From: Lama glama
Lineage: Eukaryota
Assembly (NCBI GenBank): GCA_028534125.1
Contig: CM052817.1
Span: 74,340,001 to 74,404,000 of the forward strand
DNA: 64,000 nucleotides
Reading direction: 5' to 3'
Position 1 is the stretch's first letter, and each line of letters opens with the position of its first letter. This document shows positions 1 through 12,927 of the stretch, in pieces. Under the pieces are notes generated by a model. It ran no database searches. It was not told the DNA's origin and worked only from the letters and a program-made list of their open reading frames with translations. The translations under genes were made by a program, and so were the position numbers.

Positions 1-777
1 AAAATTATATTTACAACGTTAAAGATAATGGTAAGCAAAGAACCTATTCATGTAGTTGTTTGGGGCATCAGGTAGTTTTAAATAAACACTGGATAAAATT
101 GCACTTCACTAATTCAGGCTGATTTACCCAGTTTTTTCTCTTTATGGAAATCACATAGCCCAGGGAAAAATCTATCTGAGACACTGATAAGGCACACTTT
201 CTAGGATTGTTTAGGGTTCATAAAATTACAACTTTTACTCTGCCTGATAGCATTTTATTTCTATTAGGTTCCTTTTCTATATTTTCTCTCTTTCTAAATT
301 AGTTTTAGGCAGTGGACACTTTCATATCAACTGTTTTAAATAATATAAATACTTCCTTGCTTATTCATGTTAAGTCTTTATCAGGGTGCCTGGCACAAAA
401 TTCTCTAACATTAGTGTCTATACTCTTCCCAGACCTACACATTTCCTTGTCATTTTCCATGTTCCCTCATTCAAAAAATATTTATTGAGTGCCAGACAGG
501 CTCATAAAAAACTGTACAATAATGAATCAGTGGGTTGTGCTATTGAAGAGTCAAAGCCAAGATTCTGACCAAGTACTATGGTCCATTTTTATTTCCTAGT
601 ACATCTAACAGAATTGTATGTTTTCAGTTTTAGTTTTCAGTGGTTCTGTAAGCAAAAGCTCCTATTAATTTCCCAAATCCTGACTAATTTACTTAAAATA
701 AAAAGTTATTCATTATTCATTTATACTCACATACAACTAATTTTTCATTATATATCATTAATTTATAACAGTGTTAC

Positions 778-1209
778 TGTATTAGTTATTTATGACTGTG
801 TAACAAATCATCCCTAACCCCTCACAGCTTAAAACAAAGTGTTTACTATCTGACAAAGTTTCTGAGATCTGGAATTCAGAAGCACCTTAGCTAGGTGGTT
901 CTGGCTCAGGGCTTCTCACCAGGTTGCAGACAAAGTGTCTGAAGGTTTGACTGGGCTGGAGCATCTGCTTCCCAGAAGGATCTATCTCATGACTTTTGGC
1001 AGGAGACCCCTCTGTAGGGCTGCTTGATGTAGCATCTAGCTTCTCTCAGAATTAGCAATCCAAGAGCCAGAGAGCAAGGGGCAAAGCCACCATAGCCTAT
1101 TCTTAGTGATTAAGTCCAGCCCACACTCATAGTAAGGAGAATTAGTCTTTACCCTTCAAAATGAGAAGTGTTGTCTATGAATTTGTGAACATATCTTAAA
1201 ACTACCACA
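778..1209 (-). mobile_element. MaLR LTR, MLT1H/G-like
   Basis: Begins tgtattagttatttatgactgtgtaacaaatcatccc, contains ttagctaggtggttctggctcaggg and ends aaaactaccaca, typical of an antisense MLT1. Confidence 0.75.
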
Positions 1210-2419
1210 AATCATAGAATCATTAAAGCTATCTGAGTCATTCTCCTACTTTTGCAAATCAGGAAACTGAGTCCCAGAGATGTGATGGCATGCAAAAGCT
1301 CTTATCCTTCATACTTCTGCCTTATATAGAATTGAATCCTTTCTTTTCCTACCTGAGGTTTTTGAACATTCTGGCTTCTGGCTTTTGTTGATGTTCCTTC
1401 TGTCCCCTTCACTGCTTTCCATCTCATAAATAAATATTAATAGATGCTTACCTATAAATTCTTCATAAGTAAGGAACACTTATTACTCACATTTTTATCC
1501 CTAATGCCTGGCACAGAGCCTGACACATAGTAGAAACTCAAATGTGTATCAATTTGTACTAAGCTGGTTAATATTTGCTCACCTTCCACTGGCATGCCAT
1601 TTAAGTTGCTGTGCTATTGTTTGAAGTCTTAGGTTTAAAATAGCCAGAGGATATTTCTCAATTCCATTTTACAGTCCTTAAGTAAAGGATGTGTACATTT
1701 GATCATGGCAATGTTGAGGCAGACTGCAGCAATAGTTGAGAAAAATGTTCCTTGCCTGCCATTATTCTGCTAATTCTGTAGTAGGAGATGAAAAGGTATC
1801 TTTGTGAAAGGGAATGAAAATATGTAATGGGTTCATTAATGGCTATAGAATTTAAACTGGTAACACTAAATAGAATCTGATTATCTGAAAGATGGGATCA
1901 GCTACTTCTCAGATGTCAGGCTTTGCTAACAGCTAGTGTAAACACCACCATAACAGTAACTCGATCAGGGTACAAATTTTATTCAACAAATGAATATGAA
2001 TGAATGTGTGGTGAAGGAAAGACATTGTGTTTCATTCCCTATTCTTCACACCAGAGTGGAAGAGAGTCATGGAAATACGATCCCAGTGTTGAAATTAGTC
2101 ACATGTGAGAGGTAAATCTTCTCATCTGCTGCTGGCTGATTCCATCCTTCCTGTTGCTTTCAGGGGGCACAGTGCATCTCCAAATCGGGTCTCTGAGTCC
2201 ATTAGGGGATTAGAAGCAATTGGGGCTGGACTCCCACTGTAGCTCTGTCTCACTCTGTTCTCTCTAGTGACATAGTTTTTAATTGCTATGGGCTCTTCAC
2301 TAATGTATTCATTTAGTCATCATTTGTTAAGCACTGTATACATGATAGATGTTGTACTAAGGACCTTACAAACTTAAAAACTATAAATCAGATACATCCT
2401 ATGGTACTAAAGATCTGAT

Positions 2420-2620
2420 AATAACATCTACTTGCTTAGTGTTTTCCAAAGGCCAAGCTAATTTATGCATCTGACCTTCATTCATTGACACTGGCAGGGT
2501 AGATATTAAACCCATTTTACAGATGAGGAAAGTTAAGACTAAGAGCATTTAAAGGATTTGTACACAAGGATTGTAGACCAGGAAGTGTCAAATCTGAGCT
2601 CAAACTCAGGTAGCCCAATC
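2420..2620 (-). mobile_element. MIR SINE
   Basis: Core motif cccattttacagatgaggaaagttaagact. Confidence 0.75.
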
Positions 2621-3117
2621 TTACATAGAACCTGTTTTCTGTACACAAGGCACAGCACCTAGCCCAGAGCTGATGTTCAAAAATGTCCATTGATTTGAAA
2701 ATGAGGGCACAATTACTAAAATTCGAGGATGTTTATAGTTCTGGATGAATGTTGCAAACAAATGTTTCTTTGGATACCAAGTATAAAATGTGAGCTCAGT
2801 TACATCTCAGGATAATCTATTCAGACCTCAGAAAAGGAATATGGGAAAAAAGTTTCCGTGGGCCAATAGTGTCTCTTAAGAATCTTTTTTTGTTTGTTTG
2901 TTTTAAACACTGAAAAATATGCATTTGGTATAGTTAAAAATGTATTTAGTCCCACCATCACCTATTCTTTATTGCTACTTTCTTTTCCTTTTATTCACTG
3001 TCTTATTTTGCCTACTTTCCCTCATTGTTTTGGTCTCAGTTCTAAAAGGGAAGAGAAAATTAACTTAAAAAAAAAAAGGGTGTAAGATGTAAAATTTCTT
3101 CGGATGCCTCTTACCTT

Positions 3118-3498
3118 TGTTAAAAAAGAAACAACAGGCCCAAAAATGGAGTCTCCTGTGCTAAGCCCCACATCCGCAAACCAAGATTTACTATCTAAGC
3201 TAGTTTCAGCCTCTCCTAGAAATGGGACCTTTAACCAGGCAATCTGGAATTAGCAGCACTAATGAGGTAACCTGCCTGTTGGCCCCTGCCTTCCCACAAA
3301 GGAAGGCAACCTTGTCTGAAACAATCCACTCTTTGCCAGAAGCTTCCTTTTTCCACCCCTCTTCTACCTATAAAACCTTCCATTTTGTATAGCTTCTCAA
3401 AGCTCCTGTCTGTTTGTTAGATGGAATGCTATCTGATTTTTTTTGAATAAAGCCGATTAGATCTTTAAATTTACTCAGTTAGAATTTTCTTTTTAATA
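3118..3498 (+). mobile_element. ERV1-class solo LTR
   Basis: TGTTAA...TTAATA termini, TATA box (TATAAAA near 3370), AATAAA near 3446, and a 4-bp TSD CCTT/CCTG. Confidence 0.75.
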
Positions 3499-6207
3499 CC
3501 TGGTGGCTATTCATGTCTTATTTATGTAAGAATATCAGGTCTGTGGGAAACCATGTTCTTAAGTATGTTTGATTAAATGAGCTACTCACTTTATGGATAT
3601 ATGAGAAAGTAATAGTGTTAAATCCAACACATATATTTGTATTACATAAAGTTTAAACCTATAATTTCTCTAGCCCAGTTTCAGCTTTGCTTTTTTTTTT
3701 AATGCTATTTTCCCTGGAGAAGTAGAAATGGCACCTCAAGGCCAAAGGGGAAATTACTTCACAGAAGCTATGTAACTTAATTGGATTTATTTTTAATAAT
3801 GTGTGACATGAAAAGGTTAATTTGAAATGTTAAGGAGCAGTAAATTCCTTGGAGAATTCACTAAAATTAGCTTTACTTTACACATTATTTTGCTATACTA
3901 TCTTTCTTGCCTGAGGGTCATTTGGTACTGAAGCCCAAACTAGCAAATATAAAATAATGAGAAGTAATATCACATAAAAAAGACAAAATTTCACATTTAA
4001 GTGCCTTTTATAATATAAATTAAAGCACCACTTAACATATTTTTTCATTTTCTTCTGTTTTTCTAGTATATCCTCTAAGTTTCAGAGCATTTTTAAAATT
4101 TAATGCCCTGAAACTTACATAATTTAGTTAGTAATCTGACAAAAGACAGGATAATTAGATTTAACATAAGAACAATTTTTACTTGCTTTTCTTTCATTAT
4201 AGTGAGTTCCTTTTTGATTTGCTTTTTGGATTATTCCTAAATATAGTTTTGAAATATTTCCTTTAGTACATTTAAGTGTATGTTTTGAAGCTGATAAAAT
4301 AAACTGAGAAATGTTTAACACTCCTGGTCAGAATTTAAATATTTTATATTAGTATTCCAATAAAGTGAAACAAAATAATTATCTTTTATGTTAGACAATT
4401 CACTAGCTATTGACCCAGTAATAAGTCATCTCGTAATTAAAATAGTTTCAAGATCATAACTTCAGTATTATTTATTAATTCATTCACCTGTTGAATATTA
4501 AATGTTTTAGTTCTTTCCAAAATACACAATCAAAGTTTACACTAATAATCAGTATAAACTCTACTAATATCTAAAGCAAGTATTAGCAGTATCAGATAGG
4601 ACTATGCTTTAGGCTAATGTTTTTGTATTGTAAGAATTTCCTCCAGAATTCAAATTCAAGCAAATTCCTTTAATAAAATAAATCTCTTCACAGCTACCTA
4701 TAAGAGTGAAAAATATGAGCTGCAGACTCCCTTTAAGTACAAAGGGAAAATAGGGCGATTCGAATCTAACCCGGAAAAGCCAAGATGGAGGATTGCTTAG
4801 GGCAAATAACACGTTAGTATTAGCAGTAGTTAGGTAGGGTTAGCCTGCTGAATGCAAACACAGATTCCAACTCCACCACCCTTGTAAATGGGCAACTCAG
4901 TTAACCTCTCTCAACGTGTTTCCTTTTTGGGGAACACCAGCCCTCCCAGAGCATTGTTTGGAGGTCTAAACAGAGTAAAATGGTCTTTGTTGATCCATTC
5001 ATTTTTCACTTGGTAAATATTTATTGCATGCCTTTATATTAGGCACTAGACTCCCATATACTAGTGGATGAAGCAGACAAGGACTCTCCTTTTAGGAATT
5101 TTACCATAGTGGAAGAGAATGCTATGTGACTAGTATTGGCTCACTGTTGTGAATGGTTATTAAACATCCCTAGAAAAAAAATAGGCAAAAATTTTAGGGT
5201 AGTTCCAAGGGATAGAAGTATTTCTAGTTTTCACCAGATTTCTGTGCTAAGTTCAAACATTGTTTGCATTTAAGTTTTATTGACTGGGTTTATATTATTA
5301 TATTCATGTTCTCTGGAGATTCGAAGTGAAGAAAAGACTCTGGGTTATTGATAATTATTCTCCAAATGTAGGAGCAGCATGATGCACTGGCAGGCGTCAG
5401 ATCAAGAGTGAGGAAACACGATTTTTATCAATTTTTTTAAAACTATTGCAATGATAATTCACTTAATCTCCTTGTGACTTGAATTCTGCAGTTGTTAAAT
5501 GAACGGCGTGGCCATGGTCTTTTAAAGAAAATCATATCAACAAATATTTATTCTGTGTGCAAAATATGTTACAACATTCTACAGGTTATAGAGAGAAGGA
5601 AAGATCGTTGAAAGAGAGTTTTCAATCCATCTAGTATTCAAAAGATGATGAGACTTAAAATGAGGCTGAAGTAGAAGATATCACATGACAGGAAATGCTT
5701 AATTGCTAAAAGAATGATGCATATAATATGTTCTATAGGACATAAGATGGGAAAAATAATAATTTAGACTATAAAGAGCAGGGAAAAATTTATAATAAAT
5801 AGGAGAGGGCACTGATTTTTGAAAGGTGGGCATTTAAATAGATGAAGAATGTCCAACTGGAGAGAACTTCTAAAGACATTTGAGGGTCTATAATTCCCTT
5901 TAGGAACTAGCGAAAAAATTATCATCATCTAGACTAAATGGATGGACAGGACATGTTTTCTTAAACAGTGACTAATCTCTCTCTAAAAAGTTCCATTTAG
6001 TATGCCTTTAGGAATTCCTTACATGCTACTAACAAAAGGACACAAGCATACACAGAAATGCTTACATACCATGTCATTCTCTGTCAGATACTTAGTAGTG
6101 AATGATGCCTTAGTTCAGCACTTTTTGTTTGCTGGCTGGTAACTGCCAACTTACTAAAGTCCATTCCTTATTTATAAATGAAATTGTGATCTCCTAAATG
6201 TTCTCCA

Positions 6208-6430
6208 CAAGTAGTTAGGAGTATGAATGTTGAAACTGGACTGCCTATTTTTACATTCTCGCCTCACCACCTACGTGCTTGACTTTGGGCAAGCTACTTA
6301 ATCTCTCTGCCCCTTAGTTTTCACTTTAATAAAATGAGGATAATAATAGTATCCATTACACAGGGTTGTTGGAAAAAAATTAGTTAACATAAAAGTGTCT
6401 TAAAGGGAGCCTGGCATGCAGTAAGTTTTA
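6208..6430 (+). mobile_element. MIR SINE, near full length
   Basis: gactttgggcaagctacttaatctctctgccccttagttttc...aaaatgaggataataatagta...cctggcatgcagtaag. Confidence 0.8.
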
Positions 6431-6482
6431 TATGCATGTGAGCTACTTATAAACACACACACACACATATAAAAGCATTTAC

Positions 6483-7395
6483 AGATCAAAACCACAATGA
6501 GGTATCACATCACACAGATCAGAATGGCAATCATCAAAAAGTTAACAAATAATAAAATCTAGAGAGGTGTGGAAAAAAGGGAGCCATTGTGCACTGTTGC
6601 TGGAATGTAAACTGATATAATCACTATGAAAAACAGTATGGAGATACCTTTAAAAACTTCAAATAGAGCTACCATATGATCCAACAATCCCACTCACAGA
6701 CATTTATCTGGAGAAGATGAAAACTCTAATTCAAATAGATACATGTACCCCAATGTTCATAGCAGTGCTACTTTTTATTTTTTAGGTATGTAGTGGTATC
6801 TCACTGGGGTTTTAATTTGCATTTCCCTAATCACTTATGACGATGAGCTTCTTCTCATATCATAGCAGCACTGTTTACAATAGTCAAGATGTAGAAACAA
6901 CTTAAGTGCCCATCAACAGATGATTGGCTTAAGAAGATGTGGTATATAAATATACAATGGAATATTACTCAGTCATAAGAAAGAATGAAATTTTGCATTT
7001 GCAGCAACATGGGTGGTTATAGATAATGTCATACTAAGTGAGGTAAGTCAGAGAGAGAAAGCTAAATATTATATCACTTGCATGTAGAATCTAAAAAATA
7101 GTACACATGGGTCTATGTTGCAAAATAGAAACAGACTCACAGTGTGTTACCAAAGGGGAGGTGGAGGGAGGAATAAATCAGGAGTATAAGATTAACAGAC
7201 ACAAACTACTATACATAAAATAGACAAGCAACAAGGATTTACTGTATAGTACAGAGAACTATATTCAATATCTTGTAATAACCTATAATGAAAAAGAATC
7301 TGAAAGAAAAAATATATATAACTGAATCACTTTGCTGTATACCTGAAACTAACACAATATTGTAAATCAACTATATTTCAATAAAATACAAATAT
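6483..7395 (+). mobile_element. 5'-truncated LINE-1 (ORF2 end plus 3' UTR), interrupted at 6771-6860
   Basis: aaaaccacaatgaggtatcac...gagctaccatatgatccaacaatcccact...ttgtaaatcaactatatttcaataaaa followed by an A-rich tail. Confidence 0.9.
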
Positions 7396-7498
7396 TTATA
7401 TACTTAAATATATAAAACAAATACATTAGCATATATATGATAGTTGCTAGCACTCTTTATATATATAAATTTGTTTACACATATAAAGAATGCTAGCA

Positions 7499-7580
7499 CC
7501 AGAAATTAACACAACATTGTAAACCAACTATACGTCAGTAAGAAAATAAAATAGATAAATAAATAAAAAGACAAAGGAAA
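7499..7580 (+). mobile_element. Very short L1 3'-end insertion with perfect 14-bp TSD
   Basis: ccagaaattaacacaacattgtaaaccaactatacgtc plus an A-rich tail, flanked by AAAGAATGCTAGCA at 7485-7498 and 7581-7594. Confidence 0.9.
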
Positions 7581-8318
7581 AAAGAATGCTAGCAACTGTT
7601 AAATTATAACACTGTAATTGTTATATTTAATAATAATTTTCAGTTATAGAATGATAACGATTGAAGACCTAATATTAACACTTAGTGATAGAGATAAAAA
7701 TGAAAACTAGCAGCTCTGCAATACTGCATTAGAAAAAGATAAAATTGAAATGTGCTCAGAAACACTTTCAATATTGGCCTTGTAAACCACAGCATGGTTT
7801 ACATTTCTTGTCAAAGCTGCAGTGTTTCTGAAAGTCAACTCTAGAGCCATCGGAATCACTTAATATGCAGATAACCTCAGGAGGCAGTGTAAACTGATGG
7901 AATCTCTGGCTTTGTTCACCTAGAAATGTTAAAATTTCATTGGTTTGGGTGAACTCTGCCGTCTTTAGCAGCTCCTTCTCTCCTATTTACACTTGCCTAG
8001 ATTAAATGAGGCTACAGACTTTTAAAAAAGTAGGTGCTTTTGCTTAGCAGGTTTGGGTTCACTATGTAAAGTGAGAAAGAAGTCAAGCATGCATTATAAA
8101 TGCATTTGGCTACTAATGTGTGAAGCAAAATTTCATATTTTATTTATAATTTGTTGTGATGAATGATCTGATTCAAAATACAAATATAGGCACAGAACCA
8201 CTGTTCATAAAATGACATCTGATTTTTTATGACATTTTGATTCTATGAAAGAGGACTGGTATTATTTGGGAAATGTTCTTTTTTTTTTTAAATTATTTTT
8301 TAAAATACTGAAGCCTAG

Positions 8319-8792
8319 TGTGAACGAAAATACTGCAACCATATCAGTAAATAAAGAATGCTGAAACCAAGGAATCAGTGGCTGCCGCCACCCCCCAGTG
8401 AGGGCAGGCCTGCAGCTCGGCCTCAGCAGCCACTCACAATGGGGCACCCTGAAGGGACTCAGAATAAGAAAGGAAAAGATACCAGCCCCAGATAGCTAGA
8501 TGCTTGTCAAAGGAATGAATTCAATGAGCCTAAATGTTTGCTTCCTCCCATACATAGAAAAGCACTAAATTCTTTAACTTGAGATGCCTGGTTTTCTTTA
8601 GATAACAAGTAATCTTTTATTGTTCCAACTACCTGGTCTTTGTTGTAAAGCTCCTATTTATCTTAGCTCCTCCCCTACCTCTTCGGAGCAGTCCCGCAGA
8701 GTGACCTGAAAGGCTGTCATCCCAGCTCGAGTCTTGACGCCAAATAAAACATAACTCTCAACTTTAAGGCTGCGCATTTATTTCAGACGACA
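8319..8792 (+). mobile_element. ERV1-class solo LTR (474 bp)
   Basis: TG...CA termini, perfect 4-bp TSD CTAG (8315-8318 and 8793-8796), AATAAA near 8743, and several retained CpGs. Confidence 0.88.
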
Positions 8793-10739
8793 CTAGGTAA
8801 AAATCTACTTTGTTTATTGGTCAACTTTAGTTATTATTTATATTCTTTCTGACTGTCTGTGCTCCCTCTGGTGGATAATATTACATTAGGAAATTCTCCA
8901 TTTATTTCTCCCTTTATCTCTCCAGACCCTATATATCCAACACAATAATACCAAACCTGACAAATTTAAAACTCTGCAGCTAAGTGATACATTCATGTTC
9001 CTTTTATTATATAGTATTGTATGAGTGTAGAATTTCCCCCATCATACTGAAAGCTAAATGAATGATAGCACAATTAACTATCCCAATTTATGGCAATGAC
9101 AAAAAGTTTTTCAAGCTCATGAGACAACTGACAAATCATGAATATACCAGAATATTTCTTCACAAAAATACTTAGAATATATTTGTTCTACTTTAAGGAA
9201 TCAAATAAAACAATTAATGTGACTTTATCTCTCATTTTTAGTATGCAAGGAGTACTTTGAGAATCATACAATTCTCTGCTCGTACTAGCCAAAAGGAATG
9301 CCCTGGCTTTCCTGTTTAACACACTTTTCAATTTTAAATAAAGCAGACTAAAAAGCTATAGGATCCAAGCTCTTAAATTACCAAGAATAAACTCACTCAG
9401 AATTCTACAATTTCATGAGTAAATATCCTTATTTTTTAAAACAATGTAAAAAAAACCCAATGTTTTCTTTCTGGCCCACCATTAACAACCATGCAAATAA
9501 TTTTTCAAAAAAGACCTCCAGTATAATCTTGTTTTCAGCCTGAATAAAATGAGTGATAGTAACGTTCATAAATCCAAGAATTAGTCCTTAGAATAAAATT
9601 CTTCAGCTATATAATTAGTCTAGAACAGCAGTGGAATTTTAGAGCCCTATTGGTTCCTTTAAGCCATCTCCTCGCAACCCACAAATGCACACCTGATTTG
9701 AAAACCAGTGGTCTAGACTAGAGAATCTATTTTTTTTCTGTCCCTAAATCACTTTTTATGCAAATTCATAACTGAAGTTGTTAAAGACTTTGTTAAAGAC
9801 TTAGTTAAAAACTAGATGTGTCAAAAACAGTCTATGTTCTTAAATCTCTTAAATTTTGGGATTAAGATTTTAAATGGTGAGTGCACCATTCACATATATA
9901 ACCCTAGATGTTATTTTGACAATTGAGGCAAAAAAGTAATACTTTCTGCCCATTATTCTCCATATTGATTACCCCTACCATTGCCTCATTTGAACTTCGC
10001 ATACAAGTTAATACCAAAATCCTTAATTTTATTTGTGTAGCTATAATGGCTTTCTATTCCCACAATTAACCTGTTACCAAACATCAAAGAGAGTTTGTTC
10101 TGAGTTTGCTCCTTAGAGTCTCCTCAGTGATAAGAGAAGCATGAACATCCTGAATACAAGCAGACTAAAAATGAGATTTCTTGGCAAAGCCTCCGTGCTT
10201 CCTGCTGCTTTTCACTACCAGATCATTCCCTGGAATAAGTCCCTTCAGTTTAGCTGTACAGCTCATAATATTTTTGTTCTCCAGAATCACAGGTCTTGGG
10301 CTGGAGGTTGAGAAAGCTTGGTGGGTGGAAATGTTATGCATCTGAATGAACACATCCTTCTTAGCTCATTCTCAATAGATATGGCTCCAACTACATACCT
10401 CCTCATCCATCTCTCCATTCATCAAACATCCAGTGAATATCTAATATTTGAATTTGTGTGCTAGGATTACAAAGTCAAAAAAAAAAGTGGTGAGAGGGAT
10501 TTTTTCCCATGAAAAGTCTGAATACTGGTATAGGAAACATAATTACAAAAATGGGAGGAGAACTTCACAGGAGCATGGAGTTCTGAAATTTCACAGTGAT
10601 CCAATTGTGGCACAGATTAGCAGCCAGAGAAGGGCCAATCACTCACTAAAATATCAATGGCATGAATAAATATATCATATATTATTCTGCAATTATAGCC
10701 AGTGTAAGACATAAAATAGAAAAAATGAGATTTTTATTT

Positions 10740-11370
10740 TGCAGTGAACGAGACAATAATATTTATTTGCTGGAAATACAGTATATACCAAGAATTCTGA
10801 AGAAAATAATTTGAAAACTCGTAGCACAAAATAATTCAGTAAAAGGGTCAGGTATATATCTTTTTTCATGAAAGATATGAAAAACAATAGCATTCCAGTA
10901 AATTATTATCACCTAACAGATATAATGAAAGAAAAGTATTTCATTCCAAATAGCAACAAAATACTACAAAGGGACATATCCTAAGAAGAAATATGATCCA
11001 CATTAAGGAAATTATGAAACTTTATTGAAAAACAGGAAAAATTTTAATGTGTATAAACATAAAATTTTTCTTGTGAGAATATTTTAATGATGTCATTTCT
11101 TCTCAAATTAATGTTTATACTTCTAGGACTCTAAGTGAAAATAAATAGTAGGCTTATTTTAGGACTTTAAAATAAAGATTTGAATATTTATTTGGAATAA
11201 TTAAAAAAAAGAAAGCTGAGAGAAACTAAACTTTTTTCTTTCTCCCTTTAAGAGTGGAAAAATCTTGCCCTCATAATTAATAGATTTTAAAAATATATTA
11301 TAAAACTAGAAATAATGCTATTCATTGCCATAAGAATTGGTAGATAAATTAAGCAGACCATAGTATATGT
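10740..11370 (+). mobile_element. Ancient L1M ORF2 remnant
   Basis: A-rich degraded ORF2-like text (aattcagtaaaagggtcagg, aaattatgaaactttattgaaa, atgtcatttcttctcaaattaatg). Confidence 0.6.
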
Positions 11371-11389
11371 ATGGAGGGGGGTGTGTGTG

Positions 11390-11665
11390 TATATACAAAA
11401 TATACAAAATATCTTGTAATAGCCTATAATGAAAAAGAATAGGAAAAGGAAAAAATATATATATATATATATCTGAATCACTATACTGCACACCAGAAAC
11501 TAGCACAACATTGTAAATTGACTATACTACAATTCAAAAACTATCATTCACTATATTCCCAATGCTGTACACTATATTCCCGTGACTTGTTTATTTAGTT
11601 TATTTTATAATTGGAACTTTGTACCTCCTGATCCCCGTCATCTATTTCCCTCAACTCCTACACCG
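11390..11665. mobile_element. L1 3' end (+, about 11390-11540) abutting an antisense L1 3' UTR fragment (about 11541-11665)
   Basis: ctgaatcactatactgcacaccagaaactagcacaacattgtaaattgactata is followed by atgctgtacactatattcccgtgacttgtttat...ggaactttgtacctcctga. Confidence 0.75.
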
Positions 11666-11772
11666 AGAAGACTTTTTCATGCGTGATTTCTTTTCCTATC
11701 TTTAAAATTAAGATTAACCTGTATATTTAATTTTTAATCTATCACTTTGCATTATTTTACCCTAGGAGATTA

Positions 11773-11915
11773 TACATGTGTGTGTACGTGTGTGGTGCAG
11801 AGAGGGAGAGCAAGAATGAGAGTTAGAGGGAATGAGAGAGAAGGAGAAGTGAGAGAGTGAGTGAAAGAGAGAGAGAGAGAGAGGAAGGGAGAAAGAGAGA
11901 AAAAGAGACAAGAGG
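11773..11915. repeat. (GT)n/(GA)n low-complexity tract
   Basis: Visible dinucleotide and purine-rich repeats. Confidence 0.8.
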
Positions 11916-12029
11916 GAATAGGCATTCCTTGGGGGAAAAAAGGGCTTGAATTAAGGCACTTTGTGGCCTGGCTATCTTTTGACCTACTACAGCTTTTTCT
12001 AAACAGTAATGGGAATAGGAGCATCTATG

Positions 12030-12582
12030 TGCAGTAGATTACTTGCAAAGATGGTCGCCCCAAATTCCTTTCATTCCTGTACATGTATTCCCCTCCTTCC
12101 ATCAAGAGGTGAAGTCTGTCTCCCTCAGCCCTTGAATCTGGGCTGGTCCCGTGACTTGCTTTGACCAGTAGACTGTGGACGTGATTTAGTTGACTTCTGG
12201 GCCTAGGTCTGAAGAGACTTTGCATCTTCTGTTTTTTCACTCTTTTAGAAGCTGGTTGTCATGTAAAGAATTTTAACTATCTGGCTAGAAAAAGATGGGA
12301 GATAGAGCAGGGCCTTGGAGGATGAGAAACTGTGAAGGAATGGAGAGAGACGCAGTTAATCTCCAGTCACTCTGAGTGCCTTGCTGCGTGCCAGGCTTGT
12401 GGCTGAAGCTCTCGTGGACCCTCCAGCCCCAGCTGATTTGCCCCTGCTAACATCACCTGGTGCAGAGACCAGCTACCCCTAGTGAAACCTATCCAAAAGG
12501 CAGAGTTGTCAGCCAGTTTGTTGCTGTTTCAAGCCTTTAAGTATTGGGATAATTTGTTATGCAGCACAGAGTAACTGAAACA
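12030..12582 (+). mobile_element. MaLR LTR, MLT1G/F-like, full length
   Basis: Contains cccttgaatctgggctggtcccgtgacttgctttgacc and ends ttgttatgcagcacagagtaactgaaaca. It has a 5-bp TSD CTATG/CTATA. Confidence 0.8.
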
Positions 12583-12629
12583 CTATATGCTAACGATGAG
12601 ATGGGCTTCTGAGGCACACAGCCATGGCC

Positions 12630-12927
12630 ATGACCCTTTTTCTTCCTCCACCCCCCACTTTTTTCTCCTTCCTGAAATATGACAGCTACAGATGCAGCAG
12701 CCACCATATGACCACAAGGTGACAAGTATAAGGATGAAGCCCTATATGTTAAGAACAGCAAGAAGAAATACGGGAAGAGCTGATGGCATCCTTGAACAAC
12801 TATACCTGCCTTACATCGGCTTATCCCTAAAATTCTTGTAGTCGAATAAGTGCTTACATGTTTAAATGTTAAACTTAGCTGTTAGGTTTACTGTCCCTTC
12901 CAGCTGAATGTAATTTAAACTGACTCA
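12630..12927 (+). mobile_element. Older MaLR LTR, MLT1J/K-like
   Basis: gcagcagccaccatatgaccacaagg...cagctgaatgtaatttaaactgactca. Confidence 0.6.

Noticed and set aside
9616..9720. Inverted repeat TAGTCTAGA...TCTAGACTA as a novel hairpin element
   Set aside because: It is best explained as the TCTAGA-type target site and termini of a decayed hAT MITE (ends tttgaaaaccagtg).
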